DNA from: an uncultured bacterium | GTDB lineage: Bacteria; Verrucomicrobiota; Verrucomicrobiia; Limisphaerales; UBA8199 | Direction of reading: 5' to 3' | Length of the DNA: 64,000 nucleotides | Assembly (NCBI GenBank): GCA_963749495.1 | Contig: CAVVMW010000005.1 | Location: 192,001-256,000, forward strand | Shown: positions 20,289 to 30,614 of the stretch, piece by piece | Layout: every line of letters starts with the position of its first letter | Position numbering within the stretch: position 1 is the first letter of the stretch | Position numbers and translations under genes: made by a program | Notes under the pieces: model-generated | The model's database searches: none | Seen by the model: only the letters and a program-made list of their open reading frames with translations | Told to the model about the DNA's origin: nothing

Positions 20289-20723
20289 CTACTTACCCGC
20301 TTCCTCGCGCTGGTTATAGGAATGCCAAGCCGCTCGCACAACTGCCTCTTGAGAGGGGAAGGTTTCGCGCGAACGGGGATACCCCACCCCAGGCCCTCCT
20401 CGGAATACGTAATTCGACCCGTTCGAGAAGACCTTATAGCCCGACGGCACAGCATAGACCACGTTTGTTCTCACAACGATTGCCCTCGGAAGTTCATTGG
20501 ACATATCCGCTTTCAAAACCCAATTACTCGAAGCGCCGATTTCCTCCCCTTGAAGTTCCCAGAACGTCGTGACCACCGAGTTTGTTCTAGTGAAGGCCAT
20601 GATGTTCGCCCCGTGGTGAGCTGTTGAAGGCAGCCTCTCGATAAAGATATTGTCTGCCCTCTTCAAAGCCGGCATATACGAAACCGAATAATGCCCGGCA
20701 CAATACCCGACCACCAGGCACAC
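20289..20723 (-). CDS. Hypothetical protein (lower GC, start uncertain)
   Basis: Open frame in an AT-richer gap; no motif recognised. Confidence 0.35.
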   Translation of the reverse strand: MCLVVGYCAGHYSVSYMPALKRADNIFIERLPSTAHHGANIMAFTRTNSVVTTFWELQGEEIGASSNWVLKADMSNELPRAIVVRTNVVYAVPSGYKVFSNGSNYVFRGGPGVGYPRSRETFPSQEAVVRAAWHSYNQREEAGK

Positions 20724-20927
20724 AGCACCAAACAGAGCAATTTTAAATAATAATGATTACGGCCAATGTTTACTGGGTTTTTTCGCACTGGGTTTGCTGA
20801 GGAAACCCAAATTGTCTTTCCGTGAGCTGCGGAACGGCTTTTTTGTTTTCCAGCCTGTTCGAGAACCGAAACCGTCTTCATTCCCCTTCTCCGGCTCAAG
20901 CACCCAAATCGGCGAGAGTCCGCATAG

Positions 20928-21839
20928 TCACCGGCGCAGGTACCGGTCAAACCAATCCGCAAAGCGTCGGATGTCCCAGACCATGCTCGGCCACCCGTGG
21001 CCGCCGCCATGGTGGACAACCAAATCAACCGTGCAGCCTCGTTTCCGCGCCTCGGTCTGGAACCGTTCCGATTGGTCCAGAGGCACCAGAGTATCGGCGT
21101 CGCCGTGGTAAATCAGGGTGGGCGGCTGGTTTGAGCGGACGTAATAAATGGGCGACAACTCGCGGCCAATGACTTTCCACACCGCCAGGTTGGTGGACTG
21201 CGGCCCAAACGCTTTGACGAAACTCTTGGGCGGGCCGCCGTCCCCTGGGTTCTCTGTCGAACTGCCCAGGTTCAGCAGGTCGGTCACCGGAAAGAAAATC
21301 GCGACCGCTTCCACCGCACTGCTCTCGCGGTCAACCGGGTCGGCGGCGTCGGCTGGTCCTGGACCACCCCGCGTCGCCAGCAAAAGGCTCAGATGACCTC
21401 CGGCGCTTCCTCCGGTCACGCCAAGTCGTTGCGGGTCCACACCGTAGTCTCTGGCATGGTGCCGGATGTAGCGCACGGCCCGGTTCACCTCCTCGGCGAT
21501 TTCCATCACGGTGGCCTCCGGCTGGGAGACGTGATAGACGGCGAACACCGTGTAGCCCCGCCGCAGCAAGGGCGCAGCCATCCAGGGCGGGAATGAGCCT
21601 GGAGTTGAAGACTTCCACCCGCCGCTGACCATCACCATGACCCCGATGCCGTTCGGCTTGGCGGGCCGCACGACATCCATCGCCAACTTGCGGCCCTGCC
21701 GCTGCCCATACTCCACGCCGTTGGTCCGCTCGATATGGGGGTGCAGGTAAAGCCAGACGGAGCCGAACCCCAGGCCCGCAACGACCAGAACCGCTGCCAG
21801 GCTCGCCAGGACAATCCACACGACGCGGCGCACTCGCAT
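20928..21839 (-). CDS. Alpha/beta hydrolase (esterase, BD-FAE-like)
   Basis: SGGW oxyanion motif, GGSAGGHL nucleophile elbow, HGDAD, GHG. Confidence 0.92.
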   Translation of the reverse strand: MRVRRVVWIVLASLAAVLVVAGLGFGSVWLYLHPHIERTNGVEYGQRQGRKLAMDVVRPAKPNGIGVMVMVSGGWKSSTPGSFPPWMAAPLLRRGYTVFAVYHVSQPEATVMEIAEEVNRAVRYIRHHARDYGVDPQRLGVTGGSAGGHLSLLLATRGGPGPADAADPVDRESSAVEAVAIFFPVTDLLNLGSSTENPGDGGPPKSFVKAFGPQSTNLAVWKVIGRELSPIYYVRSNQPPTLIYHGDADTLVPLDQSERFQTEARKRGCTVDLVVHHGGGHGWPSMVWDIRRFADWFDRYLRR

Positions 21840-22022
21840 GGCCGAATGCTCGCAAGCTCGTCCTGAGAGCGCAACGGTTTAGTCAAAGCCGCGATGGACA
21901 TTTTCCTGAAAGTACTGCTTGCAACATGTCCCTCTTGCTCGTAATCTGCTGCATGGCATCGAGAGGAGGCATCCCCGACGCCGAGGCTGCTTGTCTTCAA
22001 CGAAGGTCAGTCCAGCGACACC

Positions 22023-22631
22023 TTGGCCTCACGTCTCACCAGCCTTCAAATACGTTCCCCGCATCGCTTTTACGTTGCAGATTTGCAGTGGGGCGGTGGC
22101 AAAACAGAATATGCTGGCAAAATCTTGCAGCGTCTGGCCTCGATTCTTGAAACAAAAGACAACCTGGACCGTGTTCTCGACGCCAGAATGGAGAGGGACA
22201 CTCTCCGGGTTATTTCTCCCGACTTTCGTCGGCTTGAGATTCCAATCGTGAAAATCCCAAGTTTTGAACACGAGGCTCGGTCCGCCATTGAGGACTTCAC
22301 AATTGACACGGACGGCTCATTTATTTACTGGCCGAAGCTGGACGTGCATCTTGGCTGGGAACAACTGGAGCAGATTGTCAATCCAGAATCAGCACTTAAA
22401 GCACGTCAAAAAAGTCACGAATTCAATGTTCGTTATGGTGATGCAGTCAGAAAAGCGCGAGAGCAGGCTGGGCTCGGCTATTCGGACATCTCCGGCATAA
22501 GCGGGAAGCAACTCCGAAGAATAGAGAAGGGAGAATGCCGATTAACGAGCAAAGCAGTGGAAGCACTGTCGGCAGCGCACAAGCTGACGCCCAACAAGTA
22601 TTTGGGGAGACTCGCAAAAGCTCTGGATTGA
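22023..22631 (+). CDS. DUF2442-like domain plus XRE HTH protein (true start probably upstream, frameshifted)
   Basis: DGSFIYWPKLDVHLG (DUF2442-like); VRKAREQAGL..ISGKQLRRIEKG HTH; lower GC. Confidence 0.75.
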   Translation: MASRLTSLQIRSPHRFYVADLQWGGGKTEYAGKILQRLASILETKDNLDRVLDARMERDTLRVISPDFRRLEIPIVKIPSFEHEARSAIEDFTIDTDGSFIYWPKLDVHLGWEQLEQIVNPESALKARQKSHEFNVRYGDAVRKAREQAGLGYSDISGISGKQLRRIEKGECRLTSKAVEALSAAHKLTPNKYLGRLAKALD

Positions 22632-22658
22632 CGAACGGGAGCCACCCTCCATCACCGT

Positions 22659-24335
22659 TTGAAAAAACGGCTATTCATCGCATTCTGCGTTGTGATTCCC
22701 TGCGGACAACCTCTCCCGGCGAATCGGCGCGGCAATGGGCGGAGCACCACCATCTTCCACGCTCTCCTGCTGGCCTGCTTCTTATTGCCGACGACCTGCC
22801 GGGCCGCCGCCAGCACCTGGACGCGCTGGGAACAATCCTTGACCAGTACGGCGGCGTATCCCAACCCGAACACCGTGACGCTCAAGGTCAGCTACCGGGG
22901 GCCGAATGAGAAAAGCATGAACGGGTTAGGCTTCTGGGACGGGAGCAACTCCTTCCGAATCCGCTGCCTGTTTCCCGAACCCGGCCAATGGACGTGGCAG
23001 ACGATTTGTTCGGACACCAGCAATGCGGGTTTGCACAACCGCAGCGGGTCGGTCGAGGTCGCGCCCTATTCCGGCTCGAACCCGCTCTGCCGGCACGGCG
23101 ACCTGCGGGTGGCGGAGAACCGCCGCTTTCTGGCGCACGCCGATGGCACGCCCTTCCTCTGGATTGGCGACACACCCTGGGCGGCCCCGATGAACGCGAG
23201 CTTGGAGGACTGGCAGACCTACCTCCGCGACCGGCGCGACAAACAGTTCACGGTGTTGCAGGTCTTTTGTGCGAGCGACTGGGCCAGCAGGAAAGACGTG
23301 TACGGCAACGCGCCATTCCTGGGCGCGGGACTCGGCCAACCCAACCCGGCCTACTGGAAGCAGTATGAAGGGAAGGTGCAGATGGCGAACGAACAGGGCT
23401 TGATGGTGCTTGTCGTAGGACTGATGGAGCCGGTCAAGCGATACCCTGACCCTGCCTCCGCGCAGCAGTTCGCCCGGTATCTGGTCGCCCGGCTGATGGG
23501 CAATTTCGTGATTTTCTCGCCGAGCTTCGACAGCCCCTGCCTCGAACTGGGCGATGCCGTGGGCCGAACAATTCGCGAATCCTCCACCCCGCACCTCATC
23601 ACGCAGCATCCCAACGACCTGGCCGCCGCCAGACGCTACTACGACCAGCCGTATCTGGATTTCTGCGGCCTGCAAAGCGGCGCGGGCTGGGGCGGGAAGC
23701 CGTTGGGGGCGGACATCGCCGCCCGCACCGCCGTCGAGTGCAGTCTGGCCGCTTACAACCACCAGCCGCCCAAGCCGGTCATCAACATGGAATCCCGCTA
23801 CGACTGCGAGTTCAACCAGGGGCAGATGCCGCGCCTGCCGCGAAGCTGCGGGTATTGGAGCTTGCTCTCCGGCTGCGCGGGCTACACCTATGGCTGCGCG
23901 GGCCTGTTCAACTGGGGACTCACCAACGCCCAGAGCGACCCGCAGGCCACGCCCTGGACTTGGCGCTTTGCCATGAATCGCCCGTCCTCGACCGAAATGA
24001 AACACATGGCCGAGTTCTTCCGGGGCTTGGACTGGTGGCGGCTGGAACCGCGCCACGACTTGATTTTGAACCAATCGGATGACCCGGCGAAGCGCATGGT
24101 GCTGGCCAGGTCCGCCACGGGCGACCTGGCCGTGGCCTACCTGCCGGACAATCCGGCCATCACCATCGAGATGTCCAGCTTCCCGCCGGGCCTTCGCTGG
24201 CGTTGGTTCAACCCCGCGACCGGCGAGGCCCAGACGGGCCAAGGCTCCATGGACCGGGCGGGGAAGCGGATGTTCGAGCGGCCTGCTGGCTGGGAGGACG
24301 CCTTGCTGGTGCTCCGGGAGGCTCCGGGCAGGTAG
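22659..24335 (+). CDS. DUF5060/DUF4038 (GH140 apiosidase-like) protein with C-terminal collagen-binding-like domain
   Basis: GFWDG, LAHADGTPFLWIGDTPW, QSG, KPVINME, GYTYG, WFNP. Confidence 0.85.
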   Translation: MKKRLFIAFCVVIPCGQPLPANRRGNGRSTTIFHALLLACFLLPTTCRAAASTWTRWEQSLTSTAAYPNPNTVTLKVSYRGPNEKSMNGLGFWDGSNSFRIRCLFPEPGQWTWQTICSDTSNAGLHNRSGSVEVAPYSGSNPLCRHGDLRVAENRRFLAHADGTPFLWIGDTPWAAPMNASLEDWQTYLRDRRDKQFTVLQVFCASDWASRKDVYGNAPFLGAGLGQPNPAYWKQYEGKVQMANEQGLMVLVVGLMEPVKRYPDPASAQQFARYLVARLMGNFVIFSPSFDSPCLELGDAVGRTIRESSTPHLITQHPNDLAAARRYYDQPYLDFCGLQSGAGWGGKPLGADIAARTAVECSLAAYNHQPPKPVINMESRYDCEFNQGQMPRLPRSCGYWSLLSGCAGYTYGCAGLFNWGLTNAQSDPQATPWTWRFAMNRPSSTEMKHMAEFFRGLDWWRLEPRHDLILNQSDDPAKRMVLARSATGDLAVAYLPDNPAITIEMSSFPPGLRWRWFNPATGEAQTGQGSMDRAGKRMFERPAGWEDALLVLREAPGR

Positions 24336-24482
24336 CGGAGACTCGAACCTCAGAAGCTGCGTCCCTGGAGGCGCCGTCAAGCCCCAAGCTGAATCACATA
24401 GCCGCGCAGTCGCGCACCACGGGGGAACGGGTATTGCAAAGGTGCGAGGGTTGAGCTAACGTGAATCAACAAACCAAAACCT

Positions 24483-24710
24483 ATGGAAGCACAAAATCGT
24501 GTGGATACCGAGCAAGGTGAACAGAGGGCAAAACTGGAAAGCGTCATCGAGAAAGCCAAGGCCGTTTGCGAACGCCTGCAAAACCAGACCACTGCCGCCG
24601 CCAAGGCTGCCGACAAGACCATTCGCGAGCATCCGTACCAGGCGGTTGGAGTCGCGTTCGGCCTGGGCCTGCTCATCGGCGTGCTGGTGATGCGGAGCCG
24701 AGGCGACTGA
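24483..24710 (+). CDS. DUF883 (ElaB/YqjD) family tail-anchored protein
   Basis: ADKTIREHPYQAVGVAFGLGLLIG. Confidence 0.88.
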   Translation: MEAQNRVDTEQGEQRAKLESVIEKAKAVCERLQNQTTAAAKAADKTIREHPYQAVGVAFGLGLLIGVLVMRSRGD

Positions 24711-24905
24711 GAGCCGGTCGTCGGGTAAGCCAGTCGCTCCGAGCCCGGAGACTAACGGGGCCGTTGCGGAGTCCACGGGCCACGGAACGACAGGCCAGCT
24801 ACGGCCGTGACTGCGTGCATTTTGGGACGTGGTGAAGTTGGGCTGCGAGCAGGCAGCGGCAAACGGGGGTAGCGGGAGAACCCAAGCTGCTGCGAGCAGC
24901 CGGGC

Positions 24906-25478
24906 CTATTGCCCGGACGTTTCCTTGCCCAGGTATTTCTTTCCGGCGGTGTCAACGCGGATTATGTCGCCGTTGGCGATGAACAGCGGGACCGTGATTT
25001 GGAGGCCGGTTTCGAGCTTCGCCTCCTTCCATGCCGTGTTCAAGCCGGTGCGGGCGGGCGGAGCGGTGTCCACAACTTGGAGCGGTATTTGCGGCGGCAA
25101 GACGATGTCGATCAGCCTGCCATCGAGCAGCAGGGCTTTATATTCCTCGTTCTCCTTGAGAAACCAGCGGCGCTCCCCGAGTTGTTCGTTGCTGAACTCG
25201 AACTCATTGAAAGTCTCTATATCGATGAAAACCCGCATATCGGCCTGCGCGTAGCTGTACGTAGCGCGCCGGGTTTCCATCGGTGCCACGGGCACGCGCT
25301 CGTTTTCGGCGAAAACGCGGTCGATGATGCGGCCCGTCGTGAGGTGCCGCAGGCGGGTGTGGAGTCTGTGCCTGGTCTGGGCGGTGCCGCTGGTGTGCAT
25401 GTCCTCGACGACATGGGGGGAGCCGTCCAGCATCAGGACCATCTGGCGTTTGAACTCGGATGGCAGAATCGTTTGCAT
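24906..25478 (-). CDS. Elongation factor P family protein with a non-canonical loop
   Basis: KEAKLETGLQITVPLFIANGDIIRVDT C-terminus and full EF-P length; loop is SGTAQT rather than PGKG. Confidence 0.88.
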   Translation of the reverse strand: MQTILPSEFKRQMVLMLDGSPHVVEDMHTSGTAQTRHRLHTRLRHLTTGRIIDRVFAENERVPVAPMETRRATYSYAQADMRVFIDIETFNEFEFSNEQLGERRWFLKENEEYKALLLDGRLIDIVLPPQIPLQVVDTAPPARTGLNTAWKEAKLETGLQITVPLFIANGDIIRVDTAGKKYLGKETSGQ

Positions 25479-25566
25479 ATTGTTGTCCCCCGCAAATGCC
25501 GGGATATTTTGGCCGCTACGAAGGCTATTCTGCGAAGCTTGTAGCGTGAACCGGGCGTGGCGTCAA

Positions 25567-26344
25567 CTACTTGAACAACTCCGCGAAGAACTGCTTCATC
25601 GCCTCCCACGACCGCCGGTCAGCCCGTTCATTGTAGGCGGCACCTCTTCGAGTTGTCATTGCCAGCGTCCCAGTCGGTGAAGGAGTGGACCGCGCCGCCG
25701 TAGGCAACCAGTTGCCAGTCCACCCCTGCCTGGCGCATCTCCTCCTCGAACGCCGCGACTTCCTTCGGTGGCACATTCGGGTCATCGGCTCCGTGCAGCG
25801 CCTGCACTTTGGCCTTGATGTTCCTGGCGTCCCCCGGAGTGGGGCTGCTCAGGCCACCGTGGAAACTGACGACACCAGCGATGTCGGCTCCACTTCGGGC
25901 CAGTTCGAGAACCGCCGTCCCGCCGAAGCAGTAGCCGATGGCCGCAATGCGCCTGGGGTCGGTCAGTTCGTGCCTGGCCAGCACGTCCAGGCCGGCGCGG
26001 ACTCGCGCCCGCAGTAGGGCGCGGTCGTTCCTGTATTTGCCAGCCTGCGCCCCAGCCTCGCTCGGGGTTTGAGGCCGGACGCCCTGCCCGTAGATGTCTG
26101 CCGCAAAGACGTTGTAGCCGAGACGGGCCAGCATTTCGGCCCGCTTCTTCTCGTAGTCGCCCAACCCCTTCCACTGGTGGACAACCAGCACCGCAGGACG
26201 CTTGCCCTGGATTGCGTTGTCGTAAACTGAAAGACCCTCCAGGACGGTGTCGCCTTGTTTGTATTCGACCGGTCGGGAGATGATTTCGCCTTTTGCACTC
26301 AAAGTCGCCATAATGGCAAGGATTGGAAAGAGGTTGTGTCGCAT
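25567..26344 (-). CDS. Dienelactone hydrolase family protein (frameshift near 25643)
   Basis: GYCFGG, VSFHG, HGADD, HSFT; tail AAYNERADRRSWEAM in another frame. Confidence 0.9.
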
Positions 26345-26512
26345 CGTGAATGTGTACTCCAGAACTGTGGAAATTCAAGTGGGCGTCAAAGCAGCACCAA
26401 TTGCTGGCCACTGGGTTCCCGCAGGGTGGAGACCCCAAGACCGAGCAGCCGGAGCGGGCGTGACACCAGCTTTTCCCGGCCCAACAGGACGCATCCCAGC
26501 CGGCAGATGTCC

Positions 26513-26572
26513 TTGGCTTATCTGGGCGGGAGCATCACCGCACAGGAAGGCTGGCGGCCCAAGACCTTGAAA
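26513..26572 (+). pseudogene. SGNH hydrolase N-terminal fragment
   Basis: LAYLGGSITAQEGWRPKTL block-I motif only. Confidence 0.55.
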
Positions 26573-26613
26573 GTGATCCTCGAGGCCCGTTCTTGCGCCG
26601 GCTCGGGCAGGCG

Positions 26614-27885
26614 TCAGAGTTTGAGCCGGAACCCGATCCGGTTCAAGCCGGTGGACACGAGCAGGATGAGCACTGCGCAGAGCGCCGAGCGTGCGATGGC
26701 GGACGGAAGATTCGCGGCCAGATGGCCATACGCGCCGCCCAAGCGCAGCGCATCCAGCAAGCCGGGCAACATTTCTGAGATCAGGTACGCGAGCAGCACG
26801 TTTTGTCCCGCCAGCGCCAGGGGTCGCGAAATGATATTCACCGGGCGCACGTCAGAAATCAGATAAAGCACATACCACAGGGCGGCGGTGATGGCGCAGG
26901 CTCAGAGACACCACGGCGGCGTCGCTTGGTTCTTGCTGATGCCATAGGCCCGGCCCAGCAGGAGCGCGGCGGCGGCGCAACCGGCGGCGAACCAGAAGGT
27001 GAATCGCGTGCGCGCTCTCAAGGCGGTCATGTCGGCGGCGGTGAGCATCGAACCCAGCAGCAAGCCGCCCACAGCGATGGCCGCCTGCGAGCCGAGCGTT
27101 CCGCCGATCCCCACGATTCTGTGGAGCCAAAAGCTGTCAAACACGCCCTTCCTGTCCGCGACGAACAAGCACAGCAACAGGGCCATGCAGCCCAGAATCG
27201 CCGTGCGGTTGCTCCGAAAGACCAGGAAGACGATGCACGTGACCAAATACGCCCAGCCGATGAGTCCCAGAATGCCGTACCACTTTGTGTTCAGTGAAAA
27301 GGGCACGAGTGTGATGATGCGCTGACCCTCCGCGCCCCGAAAGGCAAACGCCAGCCAGATCAGCATCACCAGCCCGGCCAACCGCACGCAGAAGCTGACA
27401 ATTCTCCAAACGTTCCTTTTGAATTCCGGGGCCGAGGGATGCGGCGAGATCGAGCAGAAGGCGGCAATGGCCGAGAGATACATCAGCACGCACCACCAGT
27501 CGCCCGACCAGCCCAGCGCCGCCGTGTCCGGCGTTTCGTGAACCATCAGAATGCCGATGAACAGCAGGGCCATCGTGCGGATGGCGACGTGCCCGAGAGT
27601 TCTCCAGACCGCTTCGCCCTTCGCCATGCGCCCACCAAGCGCCAAGGGAACTGACATCCCCACGATGAACAGGAACGCGGGAAACACCAGGTCCACGAAG
27701 GTCATGCCGCTGCCCCCGCGATGGCGGTCGCTGAAATGGACCATCCAGTCGGGCACGATCTTCCCAGCGCCAGCGAGGTCGTTCACGAAAATCATCATGA
27801 ACATCACGAAGCCGCGCAGCGCGTCAATGGACGTGATTCGCGGGGCTTGTGGCGGCGCTGTTCCGTTGGATGAAGTGTCGGGCAT
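26614..27885 (-). CDS. DUF5009/NagX-like heparan-alpha-glucosaminide N-acetyltransferase family membrane protein (frameshift near 26905)
   Basis: SIDALRG, DLVFPAFLFIVG, GILGLIGWAY, ISKNQATP, GQNVLLAY. Confidence 0.85.
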
Positions 27886-28006
27886 TAGGGATTAGGTTGG
27901 TAAGTGCTCGTCTCCATTTTGAGATTGAAGTCGTTCTTGAGGGCCAGCAGTGTTCTGGGGACGAGCACGGCCTCCCAGTCCGGCGGCAGAGCCTGGCGCT
28001 TTCTTG

Positions 28007-29185
28007 CTACGGCGTGAAGGCTGCCACCGCCGCCTGCTTGAAGGCATCCTGGCTCCTGCCTCCGTTGCCCGGAAAGCCGTTGTGCTGCACCATCCACACC
28101 AGGACCAGACCGCGCTGGCGGTCGATCTGCATGTTCGTGGCGTAGGCGCCGCCGTGGCCGCACCAGTCCGTGCCCACAGCAAAGCCCAGGCCATAGCTGT
28201 CCTTGATGTCCGGCGCCGTTTGCCGGCTGGTCAACTGCTTGACCGCTTCCTCGGAAAGGAGGCGTTTGCCGTCGCAGACGCCGCCGTTGAGAATCATCCG
28301 GCAGAACTGCGCCGTGTCGCTGGCCGTGGAAAACAGGCCGCCCGCCGGCATCGGGTAGCGGTTGACCCGATTCGACAGCGGATAGCGCAACTGTGTGACC
28401 GTCGTCTCTTCCAGGCCGGTCTTGTCCTGGCTCGGCTTGTAGGACTTGGCCAGCCGCTTCACCTGCTTTGCGTTGGGCCAGAACGTTGTGTCTTTCATCC
28501 CCAGCGGTTTGAACAGCCGCTCCTCCATGAATTGCTCGTAAGGCATCCCGCTGACAACTTCGATGATGCGGCCCGCCGTGTTGATGCCGGCGTTGCTGTA
28601 TTGGTATTTGGCGCCGGGCGGGAATTGCAGCGGCGCCATCGCGTAACTCCGCACCGCGTCGCGCAGCGGCAGGCCGTCGAGTGTCGGTTGTTCCATCGGG
28701 GAAGAAAACGGCAGTCCGCTGGTGTGGCTGAGGACTTCGCGCACGGTGATCGGATGCGCCGGCTTGCGGAGAAGGACGTGCTCGGCATCGCGCTCCACCG
28801 CCAGCATCTGGCCTTTGAACTCCGGCAGATACTTCTGGACCGGATCATCCAGGCTGACCTTGCCTTCATCGGCCAGCATCATGAGTGCGGCGGCGGTCAT
28901 GGGCTTGGACTGGGAAGCGATCCAGAACAGCGCGTCTGTCTTCATCGGCTTGTGCGCGGCGATGTCCGACCAGCCCGCCGCTTCGAGGCTAAGCACCTTG
29001 TCTTTCGACGCCACCAGCATCACCGCGCCCGCCAGCGTGTTGCTGTCCACGAATGGCCGCACCGCGCTGGCGATGGTCTTCGCCGGCTGCGCCGCTGTGG
29101 CGGGGAGGCAGACCAGCGGAAGCGCGACCAGCGTGGTCAAGAGCAGGCCATCGGGAATCAAGCGGCCCATGTGAGTTGTTTTCAT
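28007..29185 (-). CDS. Serine hydrolase, beta-lactamase-related family
   Basis: SQSK (SxxK), LSHTSG, YSN, HGG; signal peptide. Confidence 0.9.
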   Translation of the reverse strand: MKTTHMGRLIPDGLLLTTLVALPLVCLPATAAQPAKTIASAVRPFVDSNTLAGAVMLVASKDKVLSLEAAGWSDIAAHKPMKTDALFWIASQSKPMTAAALMMLADEGKVSLDDPVQKYLPEFKGQMLAVERDAEHVLLRKPAHPITVREVLSHTSGLPFSSPMEQPTLDGLPLRDAVRSYAMAPLQFPPGAKYQYSNAGINTAGRIIEVVSGMPYEQFMEERLFKPLGMKDTTFWPNAKQVKRLAKSYKPSQDKTGLEETTVTQLRYPLSNRVNRYPMPAGGLFSTASDTAQFCRMILNGGVCDGKRLLSEEAVKQLTSRQTAPDIKDSYGLGFAVGTDWCGHGGAYATNMQIDRQRGLVLVWMVQHNGFPGNGGRSQDAFKQAAVAAFTP

Positions 29186-29471
29186 TGGCGGAGGAGTTTA
29201 CGGCAAGGGCCGGCGAAATCAACCCTGTGAATTCTTCGCGTCTGGCGACACACGCTTTGAATAGTCGGCACACACCTATTCCCGCTGTTGATGCGAGCCA
29301 AGGACAATTGTCCAGCACGGGTGACGGCTGTGACGCTGTAGCCGAAAGGCTCGACAAGGGAATGGGGTTGGGACTTAAATGCGGCTGCTCCGGGGTTCCC
29401 GAGTGGGAACCGTGCCCGGAGACGCATGAAGCAAAGACCACTTGAACCAGAAGGGAGAATTCGATGAACAC

Positions 29472-29606
29472 GTGTATCTGTTCGCGGCCTCACAAGGGTT
29501 GGCGGCCTGGTTCCACAACTGCAACAAGGAGGCCACGGCGAAGGAGTTCAAATTGCGCCCGGAACAACGAGTGCTGTTCGCGCAGACCGTCGGGTATCCC
29601 GCTTAG
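29472..29606 (+). pseudogene. Nitroreductase (SagB-type) C-terminal fragment
   Basis: VYLFAASQGLAAWFHNC..LFAQTVGYP*; no 5' part. Confidence 0.65.
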
Positions 29607-29892
29607 CTGCCCCTCGGGCCAGAGATAATAATGCCGCCATGCCCGATACGCGTGCCCAAGCTGACGAGGCGGACATCCTGAGCGGCGACCGCATTGGTTC
29701 GGGCGGACGACCAGATGCTCGCCAGCTTGCGGCCCAGGTCGGCCATCCTAAAAAAGTAACCTCCGTTGAAGAGACCAAGGCAGGCGTTGTTTCTTCCCTT
29801 CCCTGATTGTATCTATGCGGATGCAACCGCGATGACATGGGGCTGCCCCAATGCCGGCCAGTCCCCACCCGGGATCGCTGAGCGGCTCTGTC

Positions 29893-30125
29893 TTCCGCGT
29901 ATTCCGCGTATTCCGCGGTTGCCCTCAGTTGCCATAGCCATATCGGCCCCGCTCCGCCACGATGCGCTCCATTTGGAGCTTGAGATAACGGCCAAAGTTG
30001 ACCAACAGCCCGAGCTTGAACCGGGTCGCCTTGAGGTAGTTTTGAATAAGATTGGCTTTCATGGCGGGCGAGGCTAGCACAGCTCCGAGGAAGAATGAAC
30101 CGCGGAATACGCGGAATACGCGGAA
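29893..30125 (-). pseudogene. GxxExxY protein C-terminal remnant inside perfect 28-bp inverted repeats
   Basis: NYLKATRFKLGLLVNFG..LQMERIV; flanks TTCCGCGTATTCCGCGTATTCCGCGGTT and its reverse complement. Confidence 0.75.
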
Positions 30126-30614
30126 ATGAACAGGTCTAATGGTTACTATTTTGTCCCGCACCCAGCAAGGGGCGGGGCATTGGTTGCGCCAGAGCATTGG
30201 CATCGATGCTGCGGCAGCACAGATCATATTTCCCTGGCCGGAGGTCGGTCAGCAAAGGAAGAACGCGCACCTCGTGAGGTGGCTCTCGCTGTCGTTGTTC
30301 CAGCCGGCGCAGGCCGCCTCAAGCTGGAAAACATACGAACCCGCGACTCGTCATGGCCCGGCAGCCCGGTGTACGGCTCTGAGTGCTGGCGGCGGCTCTA
30401 TTTCCAGCACCTCGCGTCAATGAACCGGGTTCGCAGGCAGGCGGACATGTTTGAGAACCGCATCGAGCAGCGGACCCGCGCCGGGGTCGAGCATTCAGGG
30501 CTGCCGCAATCAAGAGCGGCGCTTGCAACCGGGCCGTCTCGGAGAGGCTGACCAATCGCCGAGCACGAAGTTCCGACAAGCTGTCCTGGCAGCGCGGGGT
30601 TGGCCTGCTGGCAA

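Noticed and set aside
28007..29185. Antibiotic-resistance beta-lactamase
   Set aside because: The motifs fit the broad esterase/serine hydrolase family, with no AmpC-specific evidence.
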